Assembly: GCA_026025075.1 (NCBI GenBank)
Contig: JAPEUI010000016.1
Coordinates: 1-64,000, forward strand
Length of the DNA stretch: 64,000 nucleotides
Origin: Vezdaea acicularis
Lineage: Eukaryota
Direction: 5' to 3'
Position numbers and translations under genes: made by a program. The notes beneath the pieces were generated by a model. The model was not told the origin of the DNA, did not search any database, and saw nothing but the letters and a program-made list of their open reading frames with translations. Each line of letters begins with the position of its first letter. Position 1 is the stretch's first letter. Of the stretch, positions 35,801 to 49,800 are shown piece after piece.

Positions 35801-38208
35801 GTTTCCGCATCCGCAACATTCATTGTTGGCACCTTGTGAGTAAAGAGTGCTACGATTCCATCGACGAGCGTTTTCTCTTTGAGATCCGTCTCGCCATCGC
35901 TCATCTCGTTCAGCCATGAGGCGATAGCACTCAGTGCCCACGGTTCTGCGCATCTTTTAAACTCTGCTGTCGACAATTTTGCGGGATTGAATCGTCTACG
36001 TCTGCCCTGAGGTATCGATGGTAAGTCAATAGTTGGCTCGGTTACAGCACTTCCGGGAATTGTCTCCATTCCAATTCCACGGGCACTTGTTCTTGAATGC
36101 CTGTTCGACTTGGCATCAGCATCGGTTTTCGCACGTTTTGGGTCTGTTGGTAGTGGCGTGCTACTATGATGATTGAGTGACGTTGAACGGGGTACCGCCA
36201 TCACACTAGAATCTCGAGGCGGAAAGAGACTTCCCGCTTGACTTTCATGCTCAAGTGAGTACTCTGAACCGTACACTGACCCCGTCTGCAATGGCGGTGG
36301 GGGAAGAGGCCGGTCAGAGGGAGAAACACCCGATCCGTAGTAGTACTCGTAATCGTCCCTAGTCGGACTTTGACTATTAGACCTCTCGCGGTAGAGTTCA
36401 ACCTGCTCGTCTTCTTCAGCATCGAAGCTTGTATGACGCACATGCCCCGGCTCCGCCAGGCCGCCGGTGCCATCTATATCCACCTGAGCGTAGGGGAGGG
36501 GAGTTGCGTAAGCCGGGAACGGATGGCTTGCATTCGCAGGCGGAATTGTCCAGTCATGTAGTCCGTTTCGGGCAGCCGGTTCAACCCTATTCGGAACTAT
36601 AGACGTTGGTGGAGGGTAGAAAGTATCGGTCCCATAAGGCATCGGAGGGAATTCTCCATCGCTACCTGATGATTCTCTCGGATCAGGCCTGTTGCCCTGA
36701 TGGGGGGGGACTGGTGAAGGCTGATACCCTGCAGCAAAAAAGTCATGATCCTCGTGGGTAAGAGCCCAGGCCCCTGCAGCTGCCTCAGGATCATTCTCAT
36801 AGTCGGATTCATGTTCCCGCACTTCTCCGTTTTCACCATGCACATATGCACCATTCATTTGAGCAATGCTGTAAGAGTCTGTCCGGAAGGGGAGGGAGGT
36901 CGAACGGCCACCATTGGTAGACGCAGGATGCGAATGAGCAAGGTGATGGGCAGGAAGGGAATTCTGCGAACCACTTCCAGCATTGTTGATGGCCGCTTCA
37001 ACGCCGGCGTAAAGCTCCTCCTGTGCATCCAATTCCGCCGATCCGCGATGCTCACCTCTCATACTGTCACTAGAGTCATCTGTATCAGATTCTGGTGGCG
37101 GCCCTGGTAGAGGCCGCCCCTCTGGATGAGTCGTGGTGTTGGCACGCTGGGGCTGATGCTGGGACTGGGGCTGATGCTGATGTGGCGGGTTCGGCGATCC
37201 TTGTTCGATCGACGAGGTTTGGACCCCATGGACCGTTTGAGTCCGAGCACTGTAGTCATATTCGGGAGGGCCGCTGTGGCTGTCTTGAAGGGGCGAGGTA
37301 TCGGATTGAGGTGTTGGGTACTGGGGTAATGACAATGGGGAGTAAGCATTAGAGCCGCGATGTTCATATGCGCTCTGAGGATCAATTTCTGGAGGAACTG
37401 GGGGAGGAGGTGGTGCTGGGGGCGTATATACAGAAGCGTAGTTATTAGAGGATGTAGGTATATGCGGCGATGCCGATTGCGCACTAGGTGGTTGGCCGTA
37501 ACGATATGGTTGGTAAGGTTGATACTGAGTGGGGGGTGTTGGTAATGGACCTTGAGGGGGTGAGTGTGCAGAGAAATAACCGCCTTGAGGAGCGGACGCG
37601 GCAAGCGGGGCGGGTGGAGATGCAGAGGCGTAACTACTTTGGCCGGGTGAGGGATAGGACGCTGTTGATGCATACAGGCTTGGGGAGTACGACCCGCGAT
37701 GACCGTCCATAGCTGTCATTGGGTTATAAGTCTGCTGGACAGATGTACGATGCCCAATATTAGTGTAGGCCTGAGGATTGTAAGTTGGCTGTACTGGTGG
37801 CGGTGGAGCCGTGGGGAACTGTTGAGGGTTGTAGATCGGATGGGTAGCGGGGGGTGATTGGGGTTGCGGAGGTTGTGCGAGCTGCTGGGAATATCCCGTA
37901 GTCACATATTGGGGCCTGGGTGGTAACTGGGCAGTTGTCTCTGCCCGTCTCATCTGCATTCCGTTGCTCTGCTGCCCATGCGCGTTCACACTACCATATG
38001 GTGGATAATTCCCCACTGCTCCAGCAGGACGAGGTCCGCTTGCGTTACCTGCAAACGCAGCCTCGTCATCTTTGTCATAACTTGGGACCCTATTGAGCGG
38101 TGGAGGGAGGTTTCCGTATTGGTCTGACGCCGCTGGGGCCGCTGGATATCGTTGCGCAGCGTTGCTGTACTGGCTTTGATATCGTGGATCGTTTGGGTTG
38201 TAAGACAT
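32849..38208 (-). CDS. Rho guanine nucleotide exchange factor (DH-PH-CNH; Rgf3/Tus1-like)
   Basis: Pro/Gln-rich N-terminus; DH motifs EIERQNNLHE and SPITRLQHY; PH region ILFDHYMV; CNH domain in the last exons; three short introns. Confidence 0.9.
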
Positions 38209-39954
38209 GGTTGGAAAGCAGCGTCACCTCCTGGCCCGCGTTCGTGACGATTTTTGGGCGCTCTTTCCTCCCAGGAAGAGAGAAAGGGTCGGAGACGGAG
38301 GAAAGCAGCAGGGCAAAAAGCTCTTGCTGTCGGTCACTCTCGCATCTGGACTGTTTCGCGCCACCATGGATCAGGCGAAAGGAGAGGGCAAGTGCAGCAT
38401 CGGCGAGAGAGCTCGAAGGCTGCGCTTTGGAGGGTCGAAACGACGTCGCGGCGCGCGGGGACTATTGGAGTGAGCTCTGCAGTCCCTTCAGGATCGGAGG
38501 CGAGTCATCGAGGACGAGCTGGAGTTATCGGTCTGCTGGGGATCGTCAACGTCGGTCGGTGATGTCGATGATGGTCAGACGAGCCTCTGGCCCGGAGGAG
38601 TAGCGGCAAAGGGCCAAATCGTTAAATTTCCGCGGTGGCTTCAACAACACCACACTGCGTAAACTGGGCAAGCTCCGGGATCTTGGCGCGCAGAGCGCTC
38701 TCTATGGGCAGCGCACGACGGTATCGGGCGAGCACGCAAAGCACATGCAAAATAGGGCCATGTCATCAAGCATTCTGCGAGGGAACCGTCGGGCTCGACG
38801 GATCTCGGGACGCGCAAGGCCTTCACTCCCCTTGCGACCCTGGCTTCAAGGCTTACCCGGCAAAGCAGCGGCCATGAGTGCCTGGCGCGGTCCAGGGGTT
38901 GGACGACCACACAATTAATTGCACGTAGGTGGTTACCTCTAGCAATGATCCACTGATCGTTTGCGAACAAAGCACATCGCGAAGTCCCGAGCAGTACAAG
39001 ATTGATTTGCGGTTCGCAAAAGCAGAGCAAAACAGGCATGCACCGCGAGATATGTCGTTCGGCCACCGTAGGCGCGCTGTCGGGTCTGGAGCCCGTCGAT
39101 GGCGCTCGGCGGGAGCAGGGCTGGGCCCAAGCCCGATTTGGGAGCCACCGCTTTCGTGGAGCAGACGCCGCAGCTTTGCCCTCCTTTGCCTTCCTTTCTT
39201 CTTCTTCGTCTTCTCCTGCTCTCACATCGACGCATGAACTACAGACCGGGGACCGTTGAACGATGACCACGCGTCGACCCTACTACTGCCAGACCTGCCT
39301 CGAAGAAAGCAGCGGCGGAAGCTCGACCTCGCCATCGATGGCATCTTCCTCGGCGTACAGTCCGATCAGTGTGCGATCAGATGGGAGCCCAGGAGGGCAG
39401 CCAATGAGAGCCGGATCCAAGGAATCAGATTCTTCGCCACACGGCCGTAGCCATGTCAATAGAGCGTCCACAGTATAGAAGACGTGCGCGGTCGTCTCGG
39501 CCTTACGCAAACTACTGGGATGTAGGCAAGGCCAAGCGTGGGCGGAATCTGCCGACTTCGCTCTCAAGGAGACGCTGCTCACCCAGTCCCCCGGTCCATT
39601 CGATCAACCCCGAAACCCGTAGCCCTCGAGAAGATCTTCATACAACTTGCCCGGGTACTTAGTTTTGTTCTCATTGGCAGTCAAAAAGGCCCTGTATCAA
39701 TGATTCCATACAAATTTTCAAAGCATCCGGGGTTCAGAGCTGCGTTTAGCTGTATTCGGAGCTTTCGGTCTTTTCGGCTGCAGTGACGTCTAGTGCCCCG
39801 CGTTCGAGCTCCTGTAGGATGATATATATCGGTGTAACGTGCCCCACTCCTCGCCCCCACTCCATACCACAACCTATGAACATTGAACGGTCCCACTGAA
39901 AGCAATATACTTGAATTGATCTTCAACCCCATTTCACCGCAAACAGTCTTCACA

Positions 39955-40746
39955 ATGGTCAAGGCTGGTATGTCTTAGTTCCCTTCCGATCTTTCTGAGC
40001 TGTTGCTCCCTGTCTTCCTCGGGGACGCTTAGGCTTGAAGATTATTCCTAAACCTCCTCCTTTAACCCTCCAATCCCGTTACCAGAAACCACTTTTTCTC
40101 TATCCTGAACTCTAGCTGATCGATGTCTTCCTATCTCAGTTGCTGTCGTCCGTGGTGACGCTAAAGTTGCTGGAACGGTCACCTTTGAGCAGACTGCGGA
40201 ATCGAGCCCCACCACGATTACATATGAGATTAGCGGAAACGATCCACACGCAAAGCGTGGAATGCATGTGCACCAGTTTGGAGACAACACCAATGGATGC
40301 ACTTCAGCAGGCCCCCATTGTATGGCCCGTGACATGTTCTGACCTATCTGAACTGACTTAATGGTGGACGATTAGTCAACCCAGCAGGAAAGACTCATGG
40401 CGCTCCTGAAGATGCAGAGCGGCACGTTGGAGACCTTGGAAACATCCAAACGGATGCTGAAGGATTAGCTAAGGGCTCGATTGAAGACAAGCTCGTGTCG
40501 CTCATTGGTCCTAACAGTGTTATTGGAGTAAGAAAACTTCTTCTCCTGATCATATTGCTTCGCCCAGCTCACATTCACAGCGAACCATCGTTGTTCACGG
40601 CGGAACGGATGACCTTGGCAGGGGAGGCAATGAGGAATCAAAGAAGACAGGCAATGCGGGACCCCGGCCTGCTTGCGGTAAGCTCTATAACCTGCATTTT
40701 ATTGGCCCCACTGATCCTCCCAGGTGTCATTGGGATCGCCGCTTGA
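39955..40746 (+). CDS. SOD1: Cu/Zn superoxide dismutase
   Basis: MVKAV..., [55 protein letters not shown] across five exons. Confidence 0.97.
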
Positions 40747-41653
40747 ATTATCTCATGTCCATTGGCATCAGCTTCTTGCTATTTCCTGAAGAATCCCTGT
40801 CTGAAGGTTCGAGGATGTGTGCGGGCATGTTCAAGAGCACTGTTTAGGCATCTTGTAGAAGCTACCTGTCAGTCTCTAGACCTTCAAGATAAGACAGGGT
40901 ACACTAGTCGTAGCTCACCTGCCCAAGTTGGATTTCGTGAAATGCGGTGCCACAAACTACGAATGGCATTTCTCGTCTCTGCTCAAATGGTCGTTTCCCT
41001 TGGAGACTAACCCCAAGATTCCATGATTTAGGGCTTGCCTTTTGAGACCACCCTTTTAGCTTGGGCAAAAAAAAGCAAGACAGTCTGAAAATCATGGAAC
41101 TTTTATGAGATTTTCTGTCCCTTCCAAAATTTCTCAGTTACAGAGACATTGAAGCACATTGATTATGTGGGGCGTAAATAAACGTCATGTCTATCACTGA
41201 AGATCGTCCCACGCGCTTAAGCCCTGACAATTCCTGGGCACCACTAGAGAAATAACATGGGATTTAGCGGAGCTTTGGCAACCCATGACATTCCCGTAAA
41301 ACCACCTTCTTTGCTCACACAATCTTGATCGTTTGACCACAGCACGAGGTATTGATCACAGTACACTTCTTGTCTCATTTCAGCGGATTTTGACAGCCAT
41401 ATGCACCACCCTACTTGAGTTTTGCGGAGACCTTTGCTTTGTGCGAGTGCTCTAGGGTACGAGATATTTCATTCCGGTCATACAATTGTCAATATAATCA
41501 TTCCCTTGCCTCAATATTCTCTACATGGAGACGGTGACAATTGGGTTCAAGTCAGAATTTGCTAAAGCTCCCAAATCTGCAGCACTTACTGAGAGCAAGA
41601 GAGAGGCTCTGATCAATCCTACCCATGCGCTTGAAGTCCAGAGGCTACCAATC

Positions 41654-44534
41654 ATGCCCTTACAACAAGCCAAGGTCAAATCAGTTCAATCGGGTGACAC
41701 TTTGGTGCTTGTGAGCGTCAACAATCCAAGGCAAGAGCGCATATTGAGTTTAGCGTACACAACGGGACCCCGTATGCGAAAAGAAGGTGATGAAGTAAGC
41801 TCGGGCCTCTACAGTCTTCCTATCTATAGAATCTGGCGTTTCGATAAAGCTCTCTTCTTTCATTCTTCAGCTGTGTTTGGCTAGGGAATGTTGCTAACCG
41901 TCATCTTAAATTAGCCCTTCGCCTTCGAATCACGCGACTATCTTCGAACCCTTACAGTGGGCAAAATTATACAATTCCAGGTGCTTTTTGACACTCCAAA
42001 CCCTCATTCTCCTACTGGCAAGCGCGAGCATGGTCGAGTATCACTTTCTACTGGGGAGAACCTACCCGAGGCCGCAATCGCAGAGGGATGGCTTAGGTTG
42101 AAAGAGGATGCCAGCCGAAGGGAGGATACCGAGGATGCGCAAGCTTTGCTAGAGAAACTTAGGGTAGCAGAAACAAAAGCCAAGGCCGAGGAGAAGGGCA
42201 TATGGGGGAAAACTCCGCCTCCAATCGAAATGCTGAAAGAGGTGGAGGATCCCAAGGCTTTCGTCGAAGAAATGAAGGGGAAATCAATAGACAGTGAGTT
42301 CAACATGAGGGATCAAGAACAGAATGGGGCTCATGAAACTTAGCAATTGTGGAACGGGTTTTCAGCGGAGATCGACTTGTTGTAAGGATGCTAGTCAGCG
42401 CCAAGAAACATGTACAGACCATCCTACTAATCGCCGGAATTCGAGCGCCATCCACCAAACGTGTCAACGCTTCTGATGGCAAGGAACAAGCTGGAGAGCC
42501 ATTCGGCGAGGAATCACAATTGTTCGTAGAGACAAGACTGCTCCAACGTCTCGTCAAAGTCGAGCTTCTTGGTGTTACAGGCCCTTCAAATCAGCTCGTG
42601 GGTATCGTCAAACACCCGAATGGTAGCATTGCAAATTTCGTACTTGAGGCTGGTCTAGCCAGGTGCGCCGATCATCACTCAACAATGCTAGGTCATAAGA
42701 TGGCCAGTTTGAGAGAAGCTGAGCGTAACGCTAAAACGAAAAGACTGGGTGTATTTCAAGGGCACACGGGAACAAAAAATGCCGGAACCGGAAATTTTGA
42801 GGCTGTTGTAAGTCGTATACAAAGCGGAGATGCAATATATCTGCGAAACAAGGCCGGTGATGAGAAGCGTGTCAACCTCAGTAGCGTCCGGCAACCAAAG
42901 TACGTATATCTAACGTATTGAATGATCAATGTTGACCCAAAGGCAGACCAACAGATCCAAAGCAAGCCTCGTATGCACCAGAGGCTAAAGAGTTTCTTCG
43001 AAAAAAACTAATTGGCAAGCACGTAAGGGTCAGAGTAGATGGCAAACGGCCTCCTCAGGATGGCTTTGACGAGCGAGAGATGGCTACTATCACATTCAAC
43101 GAGAAAAACATCGGCCTTCTCATGGTCGAAAACGGCTATGCCTCTGTAATTCGCCATAGGCGGGACGATGAGGATCGGAGCCCTATTTATGACGGACTAT
43201 TGGCTGCCGAAGAGCAAGCACAAAAGGATCAGAAAGGCATGTGGAGCGGCAAACCACCTAAAGAGAGGGCCTTTGAGGATGTATCGGTTTCGGTGGCAAA
43301 AGCAATGCCTATTTTGATACTTTTACAGCGGCGGAAAAGAGTGCCCGCAGTGGTCGACTTCGTAAAATCTGGGGCTCGGTTCACGGTCCTCATTCCGCGA
43401 GAGTCGTCAAAGATTACTCTGGTTCTTGGTGGGATTCGTGCGCCTCGAACTGCTCGAAACGCCTCAGAAACGAGTGAACCCTTTGGTCAAGAAGCATACG
43501 ATCTCGCGAACCGACGCTGTTTACAGCGAGATGTTGAGATCGACGTAGACGACATCGATAAAGTCGGCGGCTTCATCGGCACGCTCTGGGTCAGGCGGGA
43601 GAACTTTGCAAAGATCCTACTCGAAGAAGGCTTTGCTAGCGTACACACTTACTCAGCAGAGAAGAGTTCCCATGGCCGCGAATTGATTGAGGCAGAACGT
43701 CGTGCGAAGGAAGCCCGCAGAGGTCTCTGGAGGAACTGGGACCCATCTCAAGACAAAGACGCAGTAGCAGAATATGTTGATTCTCAAAAAACGAACGACG
43801 ACAACAGCAAAATCCCCCCCAAAGTGAAAGACTACCGCGACGTGATGGTTACCCACATCGATCCCACCGGCAAGCTGAAGATCCAACAAATCGGCCCGGG
43901 CACCGCAAAACTCGAAAAGCTCATGAACGACTTCGCAACCCACCACTCCATCAAAGCAAACGCCACACCCCTCCCCACGCCCCCCAAAACAGGCGACTAC
44001 GTCTCGGCCCAGTTCTCCGAAGACGGCGCCTGGTACCGCGCCCGCATCCGCTCGAACGACCGCGACGCCAAAGAAGCCGAAATCGTCTTCATCGACTACG
44101 GCAACGCCGAGAAGACGCTCTGGAGCAAACTGCGGCCACTAGCCCCGCAATTTAACACGTCCGTCCTCAAACCACAGGCCATCGACGCTATCCTCTCCTT
44201 CGTCCAGTTCCCTGCCTCCCCGGACTACACCGCCGACGCTATTACTGGCATCCACCGCCTGACGGAGAACAAACAACTCGTTGCCGCTGTGGATAATGAG
44301 GCCGAGGGAAGCCTCTACATCACCCTCTACGACCCCGCCCTCAGCAGCAAGCCCCTCGAGAGCTATAATGCGGATATGGTTGCCGAGGGCTTGGTACTCG
44401 TTCCCAAGAAACTTAGGGCCTGGGAAACGCGCAGTGAGGAGGTGGTCAAGGTGCTGCGGCAGAAGCAGGAGGAGGCGCTTAGGGAGAGGAGGGGCATGTT
44501 CGAGTATGGCGACTTGACTGGTGAGGAAGAGTAG
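41654..44534 (+). CDS. SND1: Tudor staphylococcal nuclease (p100)
   Basis: Repeated SN domains (VQSGDTL, VFSGDRL, IQSGDAI, VKSGARF) and a Tudor domain (AQFSEDGAWYRA..FIDYGN); C-terminal FEYGD. Confidence 0.95.
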
Positions 44535-44887
44535 GCTGTGACTGCGTGTTGAGGCCGGTTCTTGTAGATATGGGGACGTGAACATATGGGGCGGATGAAA
44601 AATGGGCATGATCACATGAGGCAGACCGAGACGGCTCCTTGTTGCATAGCTTGCGGCAGACGCTGGTCAAGGATTTTCTTGCCGCGGCGAATTTTCCTTT
44701 TTACAAATATGACATCTTGCATCTGGAGAGGGGGGCATGGCAAGTTGGACAAAAGCAAGTGAATAAGACTAGAATTAAAGCAGAAGAGCTCATTCCGATT
44801 TTTGTTCAAGTATCTACTATGTATTGATGAGCCCCCTCCCTGCTATAATCATTTCCCTCAGGAGTACCTCCATGCGTCGGAGAGATC

Positions 44888-46230
44888 TTACCCCTCAAAT
44901 TTCTTCCGCAGGATATCCTTGAGCGTCGTGGCATCGGCCGCGAACTTAGAGATGCCCTCGCGCAGCTTCTCGACGGCCATCTGCTGTTCGTTGAAGTCGA
45001 AGCGGAAGAGGGCCTCCTCATCGATATAGGATTTCTTCTCAATCTGTTTGCTGGCGGCGGCCTCAGCGGAGAGTTTCTTGGGAACCGCCTCCTGCGAGTT
45101 GAAGAGGTCCTCGAGCAGGTTGGGGCTGATGGTGAGGTAATCGCAGCCGGCGAGTTCGGTGATCTCGCCGACGTTGCGGAAGGAGGCGCCCATGACGATC
45201 GTCTTATAGCCGTATTTCTTGTAGTAGTAGAAGATCTCCTCGACGCTGTGCACGCCGGGGTCCTCGTGTGGGGCGAAGTCCTTCTTCAGCGAGGCTTTGT
45301 ACCAGTCCAGGATGCGGCCGACGAAGGGGGAGATCAGGTAGGCGCCGGCTTCGGCGCCGGCGATGGCTTGCACGAGCGAGAACATGAGCGTGAGGTTGCA
45401 GTTGATGCCGTGCTCCGATTGTAGAATGCGCGCTGCTTGGATGCCTTCCCACGTCGAGGCGATCTTGATCAGGATCCGGTCTTTGGAGATGCCGATGGAT
45501 TTGTAGAGCTGTGCGGGTGTTAGTGGACATTTCAAGAGCGCGTGGGGGGGTCAGCAAGTCATACGTCGATGATGTGCAGAGCTTTCTCGACAGAGGCCTT
45601 GGTGTCGAAGGAGAAGCGGGCGTCCACTTCCGTAGAGACCTTTCCAGGTACGATCTTCAGGATCTCCTTACCGAACTCGACGAGGAGACGGTCGAGAGTG
45701 GCGTCGACTTGCTGGTCAAGATCTTTACCCTGGATATTCATCAGCTTATATACTCTCAAGAGGGACTCATACGCGAAAGCGCTCGAGTGAAGTAACTAAC
45801 ATGACCTTTGCCATACTCGATCGCTACGTCCATAAGCTTCGCATATTCTGGTTTCTTTGATGCGGCGAGGATCAAGGAAGGATTCGTCGTTGCATCTTGC
45901 GGCTTGTATTTCGAGATTGCTTCTCCAGTGTCAGCTTTCGATCTTGTGTTTCGGTGTAGAGTAAGAGGCTCTGGAAGCTTGGGATATAGGCCAGGCAAGA
46001 AAGATGGAAGTACTGACTTGCAAAGTCACCTAAAAGCCTCAATTAGCCTCTAGTACGCTTCACGATTAGACTGTTGCTTATCTTACCAGAGTCACAGACA
46101 ACAGTCTAAGATCAATTGAGACCGTCAGCAAAACTGTAGAGAGTGTGGCGCAATTGGCGCAAGGAAAGTTCTGAGGCGGGGCAAAACTTACTGTGCCAGC
46201 AGCTTTGAGCTGATCTAAGGAGCTAGACAT
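44888..46230 (-). CDS. TAL1: Transaldolase
   Basis: [19 protein letters not shown] split over two small exons, [43 protein letters not shown]. Confidence 0.97.
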
Positions 46231-46846
46231 GGTGATAACTCAAGAGAGGCTTGTCTTTGTAGATGGATACCGGATCAGATAACCAGAGGTGATGGCCGAC
46301 TTTATACTTATATTTAAGACGTAGAGGGGAAGCTTTCTATTCAGAAAAGCATGTGGCGATGGAGGGGTTTTTCATTAAGATGACGGGCGGAGGGCCTCGG
46401 ATCGGGAGGGGCACCATCCTTCGGAAATTTTCGTAAATGGCCAGATGATTAGAGCACTCAAGACATTAGATGAAATTTCTCAGCTTTTCTATTCCTGTCA
46501 GACACGCGCACCAGAGATACTCACCATATATCCGAAAATAAGATATTAGTAACATACCAAGTAGCACAGAGAATGCAGTCGTTGCCAAGCTTTGGTTGTC
46601 GGTGCGTTATGAGACATTGGCTTTCAAGCTCTTAATCATTTTAAGCATCAGGAGCTAGTCAGGTTGTATGATGATTGTAGGTCCAAATGTGCAGGAATTT
46701 ACAGAACACAAATACCAATTAGCTAATCAAAAACTCGGGTGCATTGCACTTGACTGGATGTTGCGTCTAGAGAATCTCAAATGAATTGCCAAAGGCGCAT
46801 AAGTCATCCAGTGAAGTACAAGTGCTCAGAGCAACACATCATCTAG

Positions 46847-49800
46847 CTAAAGGGTTTGAAGCCCGTCGGTCGCTCCAGCCGCAGGTGTCTGATCTCCATC
46901 ATAGTCCAATTCATCACGCTTCGTGAAATCGCCCATCCAGTGAACATTCTCGGGGACCATGGCAGGCAGGACATGGCGGCAAGTTAAGGCAAAACGGAGT
47001 TTGTCTGAGTGGGCAACCGCATGCTACCTCTAAAGTCAGTAACGGTCATATAAAAGGGGAAAGTTCATACCTCGTAATGCTTCTGGATCCCGGCGCCGTG
47101 CATGACCATAATATCACCATGGCACAGCCGCATTTGCAAGACGACGGGGCCGGCAGCTCTTCGACGCTTACCCGGACGAGGGAGCGCTTCCACCGCGACT
47201 TTTCTTTCAGCTTGGCTCAACTCGCTCCATCTCGCGTTCAAGTCGCTGCGTGCGGCGTGATTGTGACAGCCAGTGACCAAGGGCCATTCCGGTTTGTATA
47301 TACTGTATGATGGGTTAAATCCGGTGAAGCTTTTCGGCTTCATTCGGAAGTACATAGTCGCTTCGCTCCCCAAAGACAGACTTGCAATAGTGGAGCCGAG
47401 CTCCTTCTCACCGTCATCATGATACTGCTCCCATATTTATTAGTGCTCGGTGTGGAGGACATATCGAAAGCCTGACGACTTACAGCAATTTTATCTTTCT
47501 CCATGTAGCCAAGGATAAGGAGCTCGTTAAATTCTCTGAAGATCTCGCATGTGGGTTTTAGGTCAACCGCTTGTTTTCCTGCCCAGCTCAATCGATGAAG
47601 TGCTCTCATGATGGTATCCGGGGCGTCGTGGAAGCTCTTCGAGGCTGTTGCGACTGCGTATTTGTATGGCATCCCCTGAGTAAACAATAATCAGAACCCT
47701 AGGAAGTAAATCAATAGGTATATTCTTACGAAGTTGAGGGAATAGAACTGTGATAGCATGCCGCCGACAACTACAATAAATCAGCACGGGACTTTGAATA
47801 TAGTACGGGAATAACTCACGTTTATGGGTCGCGCCCTGGAATCGCTTTAAGCCTACGCCGTTTTCCTGAAGATCCTTGAACATGTCATTGGGTCCGCCGG
47901 ATCGCTCGTTGACCGTGGCATTTGCCGCAAAATGGATGACGGTGCCACAATCAGGAATGGTGAATATGTGAACAATATAGTTCATGAAGTGTGCCTGGGT
48001 TTTCAGAATGCCTGAATCTTCCCTGATAGTGTATAAAGGCTGTGGGTTGCTCGCAGCCTCAGGGCTCAGGACAGACTGTTTTACAGACCACTCTAGACCA
48101 CAAGTACATTTCCAACCCTCCCAATTGATGCGTATGTTGCAACGTCCACATCCCACACACACAGAACCCTTACTTGCGCGGCTTGAGACCGAGTACCCGA
48201 CTTCCTTTTCATCGTCGAATGGAGCTTGCGCGGGTCTCAAGTTTTCAGTATGCTCCTGAGACCACTTTGTGCGTTCTTCGATAAATGCTTGTGCATAGTG
48301 AAGTTCTCCGAGTGGCTCGAACCCGTTGATTTTCCAGAAAGCAGAGCACTTCTCGTCCAGGCACATCCAGCCTTCAGCATAGACTTGAGGCTGGACCACC
48401 CTACATTTTTCGCAGCTCTTACGGACTGTTCGACGACTGAAGGATCTAGGAGGGGGATCTGCGCCCTTCACAGCCCACCAGCTTCGGTCTTTGATGTTCA
48501 TGCGTTCAAAGCGATACATGTACATCGATTTTTCGCTCTGCCTTTGGCACCATACGTGGGTTGGCATAAAGAAATCCAGAATACAGTACGGATGTGGGGT
48601 TGCGACTTGTAAGCAAGGATTCTTGCTCCCTAATAGACGGACTATTAACAAAGTTGCTGCATAGAAGAGACCAAGTAAGATACTCACCGACTATGACAAC
48701 AACAGGGATTTCTTTGTCCATATTACGCTTAAAGTCGAACACTGTTCTGCTATCGGACTTTTGGTCGTGAGTTTGCACATATGTACCATCATCCTGGAGT
48801 TTAAGTCCACCCCCACTATTATCAGTCGTTAACATCTCTCTTCCAGACCTAGCATATACTGGATACAACTCACGCTCTAGTAATCAAGATGTCTTCATCA
48901 AGCCAGTCATATTGACTAGCCATTTTATCAACAAGAAAGCCGCGGCTTAGCAAGTCTGATGTATAGTTGCTTCTCTGATAAGAGTTGTAATATGGAAGTG
49001 TTTCGCACAACGCTTGACGCCCCTAATCCTTGTAAGCCATTACAGTTTACCGTAGATGATGTAATTAACATACATCAGCCCAGACTAAAGGTGCCCCATG
49101 GGGCTGAGGTCGTTTATCGCTTTCTCCAAATCGTCGTTGCCTGGGAGCTGGCAAGACCATCCCAGATGCAACGTTTTCAGCCAGCTCGAATGAACTGTCC
49201 TCAGTATCAAACGGCAAATCACTCTTGGTCAGGCTCGTTCTTGCTTCATTGCCCAATGCAGCAGAAGTATTCTCAATTGGCTCGCACGTCTGCGCATCGC
49301 TAGCGGCTGACTTGGGATATTTCGAGAGGTATCCATCGCTCTCACCCTCATCCTTGTCGCTCTCACCAGTGTAGCTCTCATTAGTGGCATTACGCTGGCC
49401 CTCGACGAGCGTAGGCAGTTCGTTAATTGTCAGAGTGTTCTTAGCCTTCTTAGTTGCTCTGACAAGAGTAGACTCTATGACGCTCTCATCAGCTCCACCC
49501 TCAGACAACGCATCAGCTTGCCTAGAGATCCTAGCTCGCTTCAACGTTAAAGGAGGTTTAAGTGGATTTTTCGCCGCCAAGGCCCTAAACCTTTTAATGA
49601 GCAATCTAGTAAAAGTAGAAGTGATTTGGGTGTCAATCACCTTTTCTTAGCTAAAATGGGGCGCGGGGCGTTGTCTGTGAAGAAGCGAGTAGGCTCTTTA
49701 GTAATTCTCTTGGATCTCCGAGGACTTCCCAAGCTGGTCGCAGCAGAAGCAGCAGCAATCGCCGCATACTCAGCGATAGAAATATCGAGGCTTATCAACT

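Noticed and set aside
38250..39900. Cluster of GC-rich overlapping ORFs between the RhoGEF and SOD1
   Set aside because: Consistent with GC-rich UTR/promoter sequence; no domain-like content.
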